From Octopus sinensis (Eukaryota), in the NCBI RefSeq assembly GCF_006345805.1, contig NW_021835055.1, positions 1-43,727 on the forward strand: a DNA stretch of 43,727 nt, written 5' to 3'. Under the pieces are notes generated by a model. The model had not been told where the DNA came from, ran no database searches, and saw only the letters and a list, made by a program, of their open reading frames with translations. The position numbers and the translations under genes are program-made. This document shows, piece after piece, positions 11,932-24,370 of the stretch; position 1 is the stretch's first letter; every line of letters starts with the position of its first letter.

Positions 11932-12491
11932 TTATTGAGTGAAAGAGCAGTGCATGTCACGAAAGTGATACTGGGGTAAAATATATGAAACTCAGTACAC
12001 ACATCATGACTACCCGTCTTATAAGGGTACACTAGGCATATGCATCACAACCATATGTGTGCAACATGGTAATCTCATATCAAGATAAACAGCGCATGAG
12101 TTTGCAGGTGGGGCCCAATTAGAATTTTCTTCAGGTCGAGTAACCCATCCCGCTCAAAAGGACCCTGAATAAGGGTTATTTAAGGATGTCGAACGAAACA
12201 TCCATGTTTCCATAGGTCAATTATTCAAACCCCAAAGAATTCCTTTCAATACATGGATATGATGCTTCCCTACTATTTCTGCTCGTGATCAGAGATGCAC
12301 ATATCATCAGCCACTAAGGGACATGCTCAACTGGTTAAGGTCAAACAACTGACAAGCAAATCTGTGGTATTGAGCAGAATATTTGCTGTAGCCCATCTTT
12401 TTATACGAAGACAAAACATGTACATGATAACACTTCCAATCAGTTAAGATGAGAAGCCATGAGAGCCAGTGCCTGATACTGCATCAGGGCA
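11932..12491 (-). mobile_element. Unclassified interspersed repeat with (AAT/AAC)n tail, probable retroposon
   Basis: Second copy at 40143-40415 and a fragment near 38943-38978. Confidence 0.7.
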
Positions 12492-12493
12492 CT

Positions 12494-12745
12494 TATTGAC
12501 CTGCGCGCGTAAGCGAACGCAGGGTATTGTAATCACTCGTCTTCGTCTGTTTGTCTGCGTGTTTGCAAAATTACAGGAAAACAGCTGAACGGATTTTCAC
12601 GACATTTGGCAGAAATACTCATTGGGTGAGTGGCCCAAAATGATGAATATTTGGTTCGATTAACTTAAAAATTAAAAAAAAAAGAAACACGAAAAAAAAT
12701 TGAACTTAAAAATTTCCCTATCAGCAGGTGGTCATATTATTTTGT
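12494..12745 (+). mobile_element. Possible HINE/DINE-like Helentron-associated element
   Basis: Subterminal acctgc...gcaggt, 5' hairpin ctgcg...cgcag, gtctgtttgtctg tract and aaaacagctgaacggattttcacgacatttggc motif, T-rich flanks. Confidence 0.5.
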
Positions 12746-13150
12746 TCACTTTCTTTTTCATATGAATCGACCCTCGTCCAACAGTGCATAGATCATGGTG
12801 TACCTATGCACGTAAGCACGTGTGGGTACATACATAAATACATACATACACACCCACATACATAAATACATACATACACACACATGCATAAATGCATACA
12901 TAGATATGCGACTGTGTGCGTGTGCGCCCGCGTGTTAGTGTACAGTGATGGATTCGAGGGTTTCGTTTACTTACGAGTTGATTTCTTAATTTCACCGGAG
13001 TATAAACACCTATAATGATGATACAAGAAAGAAAAATCAGTTGAATTAAAAAAAACAAGGGTATGCAACATATTATAGGCCAAACTATAATTTGCGATGA
13101 AATTTATCTGCGCCCAGGGTATGCATCACCCCTCCAAAGCCTTTTAATTA

Positions 13151-13205
<55 letters not shown>

Positions 13206-13261
13206 CATTATTATTATTATTATTACTATTACTATTATTATTATTTTTATCATCACCATCA

Positions 13262-13858
13262 TTGCCTTTGCACAGCTTCTAAAGCTGGAGGTGTACTACG
13301 GTGTCAGATGTTCCCTACCAGTGAACTAAGGTAACACCCCTTATTTTTCGAGCACCTTCCGGAGTATCCGAGCGGTTACAAGCAGTGCTGTTTTCTGCAA
13401 GTTCTCCACCCTTATTGCAGCCCCTATTTGTTCCACGTACTTCTCAAAATTTTTACTCACTGTTCCCAGGGCTCCGACAATTAGTGGTACTACTACCACC
13501 TTTTTCCTCGCCCACAACTGCTTAACCTCCCACGCTAAGATGTCATGTATCGACTTTTTTTTCTTCCTTATTTTGCTTTCTTTCTCAATTAAGACTATGT
13601 CTGACTTCCTATTCTCTATCTCGTGGTTGCACTGAATCATAAAATCCCATAGGATCTTTACATTATCATTTTCGATGATGCCTTCGGGTTTATTGTCGTA
13701 CCAATTTTTTGCTCTGTCAAGTTCATAATTGTTGCAAAGTGTCCAATGGACAAGCCTTGCTATATTGTCATGACGTCTCTAATATTCCTTCTGGGCTAGT
13801 GGCGTACATTGACTGGAAATAGGCCATACGTTTTCACCATTTTGTTCACAAATTCTGC
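13262..13858 (-). mobile_element. R4/Dong-clade LINE 3' end (restriction-like endonuclease region)
   Basis: RRHDNIARLVHW...KILWDFMIQ...RKSDIVLIEK...VVPLIVGALG...LQKTALLVTARILRKVL*, then a short UTR; (TAA)n on both sides. Confidence 0.88.
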
Positions 13859-13877
13859 GCTATTATTATTATTATTA

Positions 13878-13988
<111 letters not shown>

Positions 13989-14002
13989 GTACTGTCCATA
14001 AG

Positions 14003-14150
14003 TTGAGGTTGACTTTGCCTTTCATCCTTTCGGGGTCGATAAATTAAGTACCAGTTTCGCAATGGGGTCGATGTTAATCGACTTAATCCCTTTGTCTGTC
14101 CTTGTTTGTCCCCTCTATGTTTAGCCCCTTGTGGGTAATAAAGAAATAAG
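14003..14150 (+). mobile_element. 5'-truncated SINE-B
   Basis: Core gcctttcatcctttcggggtcgataaattaagtacc plus tail. Confidence 0.88.
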
Positions 14151-14289
14151 ATAGATAGATAAAACTTACTTGGAAAAGGATGCATGGCATTCGATCATAT
14201 AATAATATTATAAATAATATATAAACATATGCATATATAGATATATATATATGTATATACCAACATATATATGTATATATACATGCATA

Positions 14290-14460
14290 TATGGGTACAG
14301 GACATCAAAAATAGTTGAACACAATGAGAAACGAAAACATAAAAACAAAAACACAGAAACGAACCTTTTTTCGAACAACGGAAAAACCCCAGAGAAACGA
14401 GCCATACAACATAAAGAATATTCCCCTTCTTCAGTTGTCCCTGTTTCAACTACTCCGTGG
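14290..14460. repeat. Interspersed repeat, inverted homologue of ~22010-22165
   Basis: Shared gaaggggaatatt and gtttttatgttttcgtttctc blocks on opposite strands. Confidence 0.75.
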
Positions 14461-15034
14461 GACTAGAACACACACACACACGTGTATGCGCGCGTATGTG
14501 TGTGTGTGTATCAAAGATAAAGATCACAACCAAATATAAAATATGACAAGAGAAACGTAAAAAAAAACCCCAAAACGAAGGGAAAATAGGCTAGACATAT
14601 TTCTATATCACCGTTTCTTTTAAATAAGAAGAATTAAGATAACATCATTTGAGTTACACCTACTTTGCTTTTAATACTGTTTAGAGTTCCCTAACTTTGC
14701 AATCTATCATTCCTGCAGAAAACTATTTAATAAAAGTTGTCTTCTGTGTTGAAAGAGTTCACTTTCAACATGATTAAATATTTTAACACCTGAAGCATCT
14801 TAATTAACTGATGCTAACTGCACATGCAGAGACAGAAATTTATGCACTCTCAAATGCATCAGCAGTTGAAGCGATTATTTATGCTGCAGAAGACATCTTT
14901 ATTGAAACAAATTTTAACAATGTGCGCAACGAAGAAATATCCGACACAAACAACGATTCGTCGTAAATACAGATTGTACCAGAAACGTAAATATAAGAGC
15001 AACGCAGTAAAAAAAAACGATTCTTTTCGTTTAT

Positions 15035-15200
15035 CTTTTATCCATTTCAGACACTGGGAATGCGGCCATGCTGGAGCACCGTTTTTCTGAATGGTTTGTT
15101 TAGTCAAACAAATCAACCCCAGTAATTATTTTTAAAGCCTGTTACATGTTCGATCGGAGTATTGTGCCAAACCGCTATTGCTAGAGGGACGTAAACAAAC
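15035..15200 (-). mobile_element. Diverged SINE-A 3' fragment
   Basis: gcggccatgctggagcacc motif. Confidence 0.75.
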
Positions 15201-15212
15201 CAAAACCAAACT

Positions 15213-15291
<79 letters not shown>

Positions 15292-15463
15292 ACAATAATA
15301 CCTCACTTTACGAGGACGTGCTATTCGTGTGTGTGTGCATAGATAGATAAACAATTATATATATATATATATACATACATACACACATACATATATATAC
15401 ACATATACATACACACACAGCTTTACATATTATATATATATGTAATATAAATGCGCGCACGTT

Positions 15464-15508
<45 letters not shown>

Positions 15509-15509
15509 C

Positions 15510-15547
<38 letters not shown>

Positions 15548-15627
15548 ATTATCAAAGGGCAATCGGAAATATTAGAAATTTCCATTACCATTGGAATAAT
15601 ATATAGTCAATAGACTATATATCATTC

Positions 15628-16011
15628 ATATAAATACAGTGTACATATAAGCATATAAGACGCAGCCATCATAGGACTACCTACACGCTAGAGAGGAGAG
15701 TTAAATTCAGAACCACTATTAGTGATAAAATTTCGAAGGGAATGAAAAATAAAAACTCCTGGACCAATGGTTTCAACTTTTTTTTAGAAATAAAATAATT
15801 TGCTGAAGAAGTCTTCGCCTAGGAAATTATTTTATTTGCTAAAAAAAAGTTTGAAACCATTTGTCCAGGAGTTAGATGGTAAATGTTTTCATTTTTCATT
15901 TCCTTCGAAATTTTATCCCTAATAGTGGTTCGGAATTTAACTGTCCTCTCTAGCGTGTGGTAGTCCTATGATGGCTACCTCTTATGTGCTTAATGTGCAC
16001 TGTATTTATAT
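15628..16011. repeat. Long foldback (arms about 170-185 bp, spacer about 25 bp)
   Basis: e.g. gccatcataggactacc / ggtagtcctatgatggc and gaaccactattag / ctaatagtggttc. Confidence 0.9.
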
Positions 16012-16034
16012 ATAAATATTATATATATATATAT

Positions 16035-16079
<45 letters not shown>

Positions 16080-16274
16080 TATGTAGGTGTGTGGTGGTGT
16101 ATTTATATTCGTGAATCTATGTGTGCATGCTTGTGTACATATGTGTGTAATCAATATGTATATATATGTTTACTTGTATATATATGCGACTATATACATA
16201 TGTGCCTATCTTATGTGAGTGTATGTTTGGGTGTGTAAAAGTTTATATAGTTTATATACATGACGTGTGCGCTT

Positions 16275-16645
16275 GTGAGTGTGTGTGTATGCGTATGTGT
16301 GTATACATGTGAGTGTGTGTGTGTGTGTGTGTATACTGTGAGTGTGTGTGTATGCGTATGTGTGTATACATGTGAGTGTGTGTGTATGCGTATGTGTGTA
16401 TACATGTGAGTGTGTGTGTGTGTGTGTGTATACGTGTGAGTGTGTGTGTATGCGTATGTGTGTATACATGTGAGTGTGTGTGTATGCGTATGTGTGTATA
16501 CATGTGAGTGTGTGTGTGTGTGTGTATACGTGTGAGTGTGTGTGTATGCGTATGTGTGTATACATGTGAGTGTGTGTGTATGCGTATGTGTGTATACATG
16601 TGAGTGTGTGTGTGTGTGTGTATACGTGTGAGTGTGTGTGTGTAC
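16275..16645. repeat. Higher-order minisatellite built from GT/AT microsatellite
   Basis: 34-bp unit X and 28-30-bp unit Y in the order XY XXY XXY XXY. Confidence 0.85.
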
Positions 16646-16699
16646 CGCTGCCTCAGGGTACCTACTGCAGACACTTTTATCTGATTTATTGCGTCTTAT

Positions 16700-16925
16700 C
16701 GGTGTTGGTGGTTGTGGTGAGCGTGGCGGTGGCGGTGGCGGTGGCGGTAGTGATGGTGGTAGTGGTGGTGGTGATGGTGGTGGTGGTGGTGGTGATGGTG
16801 GTGGTGGTGGTGGTGGTGGTGGTGGTGGTGGTGGTGGTGATGGTGGTGGTGGTGGTGGTGATGGTGGTGGTGGTGGTGGTGATGGTGGTGGTGGTGGTGA
16901 TGGTGGTGGTGGTGGTGGTGGTGGG
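16700..16925. repeat. (GGT)n microsatellite
   Basis: Direct inspection. Confidence 0.95.
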
Positions 16926-17130
16926 GCGATAGCTTTCTCTCGGCTCTTGCCTCAGTTCTTACAAATCCCTCTGTCTTTCATACTACTTTTGACCACACAT
17001 CACAACCCTTATCTGCAGCATTAGTTATAATAAAGCCCTACCGACATCTCTTCCCTAGCCTATGCGTATTTTGAATAGAGTTGCGCGAGTTTGTGTTCGT
17101 CTGTGCGTGTATATGTTTATGTGTATTGAG

Positions 17131-17390
17131 TGAGGGCAGATAGCCAAGCAGTTAAGGCGTTGCACTCACGTTTGTGACATCGTAGTTTCAATTCCTGGAT
17201 CGGCTAGCGTGTTGTGTTCGTCTCACGTTGCTCCGCGATCGCTTCGACACCTGACGTATTGTACACTGCGCACCTCTTCAGGCAATGTCGATTTGATGAA
17301 GGGAGTGAGTTAATGTACAACACTATAAACACTATAAACAAATCATTTGTGCAGATTGGCATGACAGAACCGTCCTTCCCGGATTACGAG
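17131..17390 (+). mobile_element. Old tRNA-derived SINE-D
   Basis: Degenerate A/B boxes; related to ~19455-19596(-), ~20075-20205(-) and 31675-31776(+). Confidence 0.55.
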
Positions 17391-17682
17391 AGAACACCAT
17401 CACATATAAGTATGAATTTCATCTAGCGTCTATAAGGTCCTGAGTTCAATATTACTTGGTGCATGCATGTAAGGCAGGTGCTTTTTTTTTTACTACAGAC
17501 TTGTTTTGGCACAAAACCTTGTGAGTGAAAACCAGCGGAGAGTAAGGGCGAAGTAGTCTGTTAGGTGAACAGCTCTTTTAATTCAACAGTCCAACTTTGC
17601 AAGGTTCTGTTTTTTTTCTATCTTCATTATACATGAGAAAAGTGAAGATGTTTAACCAACCAAGGGAAATAACGCACTCCGC

Positions 17683-17715
<33 letters not shown>

Positions 17716-17717
17716 TA

Positions 17718-17935
17718 CAGTAATCCCTCAACTATCGCGGGGGTTACGTTCCAAAAAACGCCCCAGGATAGGTGAAAATCCGCGAAGTATAAACAATACT
17801 CTATGTTTCTTAATTATTTCTATAATTTGTATATATTTATTTTATTATAAATGCAAAACAACATCACGGAGGAATCAACGTAAGCTTAGATAATAAACCG
17901 CGATAAGTGAACCGCGATATGGCGAGGGATTATTG
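17718..17935. mobile_element. pogo/Tigger-like MITE
   Basis: TIRs cagtaatccctc...tatcgcgg / ccgcgata...gagggattattg; TA on both sides. Confidence 0.85.
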
Positions 17936-18139
17936 TATAAGGTGATGTAACTCTTACGACAGTCAACACAAAATTAGTTACCTGAAACTCTACATATTAA
18001 CAAGATATAAATCTGGCAAATATTTCGATAACATATTTGTTGTCCGATGACCGTTTAGTATTTCATGGACATGACACTTGAAATCACTATGTATTATCAT
18101 TAACGGACTATATGATAATTCTGTTATTCTGTTATTCTG

Positions 18140-18823
18140 TTATTCTGTTACTTGTTTCAGTCATTTGACTGTGGTCATGCTGGAGCATCACCTTAAAGAG
18201 TTTAGTCGAAGAAATCGACCCCATAACTTATTCTTTGGAAGCCTATTACTTATTCTAACGGTCTCTTTTGCCGAACCGCTAGGTTACGCAAACATAAATG
18301 CACCAGAATCAGTTGTCAAGCGATAGCAGGGGACAAACACAGACACACAGACACACGCGCGCGCACACTGACACACACATAAATACATATGTGTGTATGT
18401 ATGTATTATGTATGTGTATGTATATATATATGTATATATATATATATATAAGAAATTAAAAAAAGAAAATACGCACACTTACATAGTTTTAATATAATTT
18501 TTAATATATCGACCGGTTTCGCTATCGCTATTATTCATGATATTATGTTTTACTTATTTGAATATATATTTTTTCCATGTTTGTGTGTGATGAAATTCAC
18601 GATGTGAATTTATATATATTATATATATATATATATATTATATATATATATATATATACGACGACCCCTTCTTTCAGTTTCCGTCTACGAAGCCCACTCA
18701 AAAGGCTTTGGTCGGCCTGAGGCTACAGTAGAAGACTATTGCTCAAGGCACCGCGCAGTGGGACTGAACCTGGAACCGTGTGGCTGGGAAGTAAGCTTCT
18801 TACCAAACAGCCACACCTGCACC
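18140..18823 (-). mobile_element. SINE-A with an unrelated island (~18450-18610) in its internal (TA)n
   Basis: 3' half at 18140-18350 and 5' half at 18658-18823. Confidence 0.85.
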
Positions 18824-18949
18824 TATAACATATAAATATATATGATTTATAAATTTTGCTGTATTGTTGTATTGAGTACTCTATTTTGCTCTAACAAACA
18901 CCTGCTAATTATTATGACAATATTCTTATTTCATTCGTGTGTTTTTATA

Positions 18950-19095
18950 TTTTGAGTTCAAATTCCGCCAAGGTCGACTTTGCCTTTTATTCTTTTGGGG
19001 TCGATAAATTAAGTGCCAATTGCGTACCGGGTTCGATCTAATCTACTGCCCCCTCCCCAAAGTTTTTGGGCCTTGCGCCTAGAGTAGAAAATATT
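18950..19095 (+). mobile_element. SINE-B alternative-tail fragment
   Basis: Core plus ggccttgcgcctagagtagaaa. Confidence 0.75.
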
Positions 19096-19431
19096 CTTAT
19101 TTCATGAAGCGACGTTTTAAATTCATGTTATATAAGATATTGTATGTCTTGTGATAAACAACAGCGTAGTTCATAGTAGAACAATCTTAGTAGCTAGAAC
19201 ATAAAAAAGTAGAATAAAATAGGGATCTATACAACTTAACCCTTTCTAAAAAAAGATATCTGTATTCCATCTAATAAATAGTGTATGAAAAAGCTATTAG
19301 GAAAAGCCATGAGTTCTCCTGTCGTAGACGACAGATGAGAGTTCTGCATTTTCTAAATGAATAACTTGCACAAATGATTTGTTTATAAGCAAATGTTTGT
19401 GCAGCACATCCGAAAATCCATATCACCTTGC

Positions 19432-20765
19432 ACAGTTGCAGGGTGTGCCGCATGTTAGCTGTTGTGGAGGATCGCAAGAGGAACGTGAGACGAAGATGTT
19501 TTGTTCAAGAACTCAACGCACCGGCCGCTCTCTGGATCGCAACCACAATCTTGCTCTCGTGAGAGCAACACTCTAAACTTTAGACCACTTGCCCTCACAC
19601 TTGAAAAAGTATATGTAGTCAAACGGAAAAGCTTTCCTCTTCGACTTCGATATCAGTGAGACATCTTCTTACTGCTACGACGTAAAAAATAAAACTCACC
19701 CCAAGAAATAAAGGCCGAGATTTCATTTTATTCTGTGGTATGTATCCCTATCTGCATATGTATTTGTGTTTGTATTTGTGGCGCGCGCGCGTGTGCTTGG
19801 TATGTGCGACCCATGTCTGTATATATATGCATTTGTATATACACACATGTATCCATGTCTTTTATCTATATATTTTCTCTTTCTCATTCTGTCTTTAGTA
19901 TGTGTATGTGTGTCTTGTGTGCATATATAAGGGTTTGTATATTACACTATTAGCACCCATATCATTTATTTATTTTTCCTCATTCTGTTTTAATCGTCAG
20001 ATTGCATGGTGTGGTAGAATGGGACGGTGGTGTTATTATTCCATTCACGTTTAGTTGCACGGTGTGTTGCATGTTAGCTGTTGCGGGGGATCGCTAAAGC
20101 AACGTGAAATGAAGGGTTTTGTTCAAGAACACAACGTACCGGCCGCTCTCTGGATCGGAACCCCAATCTTGCTCTCATGCGAGCAACACTCTAAACCACG
20201 TATCCACACACTTGAGCAAGTACATGTAGTCTCACAGAGAAGCTTTTATCTACAACTTTGAGATCAGCGACACACCCGGATCTTTTCGGTTTGAACGGCA
20301 GTTTTTCTAACGGTGTCATATGAAATTGTCACCCATAATTATGACCCTAGTACCGATCTATTGCATTTCAATCTGTTTTAGAATTAGGGTTGGAGTTAGG
20401 GTTAGGGGTGGGGGAGGGTATCTTTTTTTCTTCACAAATGTAAATAAACCTAATCTGTTTCTTAAACGAGGAACATATTCATGCGGCACAGAATGTTTTC
20501 ACCTCAATAGACGTCATTGATTGGTTGAAATTGCAGAAATTGAAGAAAAAACAACAACAAATATCTTACAAACTATAGAATTTTCTCAATAAAGCCAAGA
20601 GAAAAAGATGTTTTATAAACACATTCTCGCAGTATACGAAGTTTAAAAGTGTTTAGTTACGTGGAAATTATTTTAAAAAACTGCCGTTCAAACCGAAAAG
20701 GTCCACACATCCTCCTATCGCTACAACATCAAAAAAATAAAACTCAGCCCTAGAAGTAAGGGCCT
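19432..20765. repeat. Local duplication (19432-19720 and 20052-20765) containing a SINE-D head
   Basis: Colinear similarity; the second copy carries a MITE. Confidence 0.85.
20278..20704. mobile_element. MITE with ~29-bp TIRs and 8-bp TSD, Merlin-like
   Basis: ggatcttttcggtttgaacggcagttttt / aaaaactgccgttcaaaccgaaaaggtcc; TSD acacaccc / acacatcc. Confidence 0.9.
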
Positions 20766-21379
20766 ACAATTATCTGAATCCAGCTTCTTAGATATATCCA
20801 GTGAACATTACCATGATTACACCAATACCTTTTAATAACTCTGATGCAAAAGCATTTGAAGAGACATGTTTATAGTAAAACAAATCTAAAGATTTTTAAT
20901 AAGCAAAAAACTAATACACCTCACTATGAATCGTACCAAAAATTATAAGCATATAAACCAGTGAGAAATAAGGCTTATAAACTGAACTGAGACGTACATG
21001 CAAAGAAAATATTAGTAACCGGTTGCGCATGACCCGACGCGAAAGGACCCAGCAACCCATTGAATATTTGGTTCATATATGCACACACACACGCGCGCGC
21101 GTGCGCATACATACACGCAAACACACAAACAAACACTTACACATGTATATCTATATTTATCCATGTACCTCTCTCGATTTCTGAGCGTTTTTCCCCACGT
21201 CCGCGACGTAGAAAATTAAAAAAATTTTTGTCGTTGTAAAGAGTCTAACGAGGCTTTGGGTTTGGCATTGTGGATAAGAAAACTTTGGTAACTTTAAGTC
21301 CAAAATTTAAGTTGTTGTAATAATTACTGCTCTATTCTTTAGAATATGCTTCTTTTCTGATATATATTTTTTTAACTAA

Positions 21380-21423
<44 letters not shown>

Positions 21424-22165
21424 GTATGCATATGTTTTATTTGTTTTATTTGTTAAATTGTTATTATATGATTGAACGCACCGCGTCACTTTCTTATTTC
21501 TCCAAGTAAGTTTTTATTAATAATTATGACGCGCACTCTCAACTCTTTACTTGAACTTTCCTTCATGTCTGTCTGTCTTCCTCTCTACCTGTCTCTCTCC
21601 TTCTTATTTTTCACGCTTTCTAGTTTCTTTTTCTCTCTATCTCTCTCTCTCACTTCTCCTCCTGTCTCTCACTCCTCCTCTCTCTGGCCGCTGACCGGAC
21701 TACTAAACTTGCTTTCGCTCGCTGATTTCAACAAGCCAACCTCGACTTCTTCTGTCTCTAGCAAGTCGATCTTCTGAATTGCGTTCCAATGAATTTTTCC
21801 ACCGTCTAGGCTAAAAAAAAGCCCTTAATGTTGGTTTCCTCGTCCTGTTTTTATTCTTTATGTGTACTGTATTTTTATTTATTTGTATTGTTTTTACGTC
21901 CTGTTCTTGTCACATTTTTACCCCTCTGCAAAAGAATTTTATTTAATTCATTTTGCAGGAAGGATTGTCTCGGCCGGATCGTGTTCTGCCCTTACCTTCG
22001 AAACACGCATTGAGTCGAACCAGGGGCAGCTGATGAAGGGGAATATTTTTTGTATTGTTTGTCTTATACTCTGTTATTTCGTTGTTAAAAAAAGTCGTTT
22101 TCTTGTTTGTTTTTATGTTTTCGTTTCTCGTTGTGTTCTACGTTTATTCGTGGTGTCTTGTACTC

Positions 22166-22248
22166 ATATATATATATATATATATAATATAATATATATT
22201 ATATATATATATATATATAGATATATATATATATATATATATGTATGT

Positions 22249-22279
<31 letters not shown>

Positions 22280-22360
22280 GCATGTATATATACATAAGAT
22301 GTAGATATGTACATATATGTATATATGCATATGTTTTATTTATTTTATTTGTTAAATTGT

Positions 22361-22391
<31 letters not shown>

Positions 22392-22900
22392 ACATAATAT
22401 ATATATATATATGTGTGTGTGTGGGTGTGTATGTATGTATGTATGTATATCTATATATATATATATATGTATACATGTATGTCTGTACTTATACACGTAT
22501 GATATATATATTTATACTTATATGTATATATATGCACACACACGAACATACACACACCTGTGTATACTGATAGTATACACATAACTAACAGTGCTCTTTT
22601 TTATCTACAAATGTGTGTGTGTGTATGCATATAAATTAATACACATGCACACACATATGTATACACACAGAGACGCATATATAGTGTGTGAAAATATACA
22701 AATGTTCAGTACACGTTCATCGTAGAAGTGTATAGAGTCTGACTATGTATATCTACATAAATACATATATGCGTGATTTGTATGTGCGCATGCGTGCATA
22801 CACGATGACTTTACGCGTGGTTTTGTATGAGTGCATTAATGCGTATGCGTTTCGGTATCTCCGTCTGGTGTATGCCTCTACCTATATATATATATATATA

Positions 22901-22941
<41 letters not shown>

Positions 22942-22990
22942 GTATGTATATGTATTATATATATATATATATATGTATGTATATGTATAT

Positions 22991-23047
<57 letters not shown>

Positions 23048-23105
23048 TATGTATGTATCTATGTGTGTATGTATGTATGCATGTATGTATGTATGTATGT
23101 ATGTA
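22166..23105. repeat. (TA)n/(TG)n/(TATG)n microsatellite cluster
   Basis: Direct inspection. Confidence 0.85.
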
Positions 23106-23401
23106 TCCGTGTACGTGTGTTGTGTGTACGATTTTGATACATATTTCACAGAACACAGCCGAACCTGGAAAATCTATTAACCTAATTTTCTGTTACGATT
23201 TTCTTATGCAAGTGACAAAGTTTGTGTTGGTTAGGTTAGGTTACTAACTACATCACTATATTGTACTATCATACCGATGTCTACGTAATATAGTCAGACA
23301 TACTTAGGCATACTTTAGGCATCCCTATATTATATAGGGTGTTCAAAAAGTCTCTCCGCGGTAAGCATTTTCTTGCAAAATAAATATTTATAAGATGAAA
23401 A

Positions 23402-24370
23402 AGCGGTGAGCTGGCAGAAACGTTAGCACGCGGACGAAATGTTCAGCAGTATTTTATCTGTCGCTACGTTCTGAGTTCAAATTCCGCCGAGGTCAACTTT
23501 GCCTTTCATCCTTTCGGGGTCGATTAAATAAGTACCAGTTACGCACTGGGGTCGATATAATCGACTTAATCCGTTTGTCTGTCCTTGTTTGTCCCTTCTG
23601 TGTTTATCCCCTTGTGGGTAGTAAAGAAATAGGTATTTCGTCTGCTGCTACGTTCTGAGTTCAAATTCCGCCAAGGTCGACTTTGCCTTTCATCCTTTCG
23701 GGGTCGATAAATTAAGTACCAGTAACGCACTGGGGTCGACATAATCAACTTAATCCGTTTGTCTGTCCTTGTTTGTCCGCTCTGTGTTTAGCCCCTTGTG
23801 GGTAAGAAAGAAATAAGTATTTCATCTGCCGTTACGTTCTGAGTTCAAATTCCGCCGAGGTCAACTTTGCCTTTCATCCTTTCGGGGTCGATTAAATAAA
23901 TACCAGTTATGCACTGGGGTCGATATAATCGACTTAATCCGTTTGTCTGTCCTTGTTTGTCCCTTCTGTGTTTAGCCCCTTGTGGGTAGTAAAGAAATAG
24001 GTATTTCGTCTGCTGCTACGTTCTGAGTTCAAATTCCGCCAAGGTCGACTTTACCTTTCATCCTTTCGGGGTCGATAAATTAAGTACCAGTAATGCACTG
24101 GGGTCGACATAATCGACTTAATCCGTTTGTCTGTCCTTGTTTGTCCCTTCTGTGTTTAGCTCCTTGTGGGTAGTAAAGAAATAGGTATTTCGTCTGCTGC
24201 TACGTTCTGAGTTCAAATTCCGCCAAGGTCGATTTTACCTTTCATCCTTTCGGGGTCGATAAATTAAGTACCAGTTACGCACTGGGGTCGATGTAATCGA
24301 CTTAATCCGTTTGTCTGTCCTTGTTTGTCCCTTCTGTGTTTAGCCCCTTGTGGGTAGTAAAGAAATAGGT
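23402..24370 (+). mobile_element. SINE-B tandem array 1: one head plus five 184-bp units
   Basis: Unit boundaries at 23633, 23817, 24001, 24185, 24369. Confidence 0.95.

Noticed and set aside
20384-20408. Telomeric TTAGGG repeats
   Set aside because: Only about four imperfect units, internal to a MITE
21995-22042. Permuted hammerhead (GAAAC...GTC...CTGATGA)
   Set aside because: Stems I and III do not pair convincingly, and the homologue at 14290-14460 does not preserve the GUC arrangement
23633-23816. Ribozyme within the 184-bp SINE-B unit (retrozyme model)
   Set aside because: Short hairpins are present, but I found no complete CUGANGA...GAAA...NUH core with supporting stems on either strand
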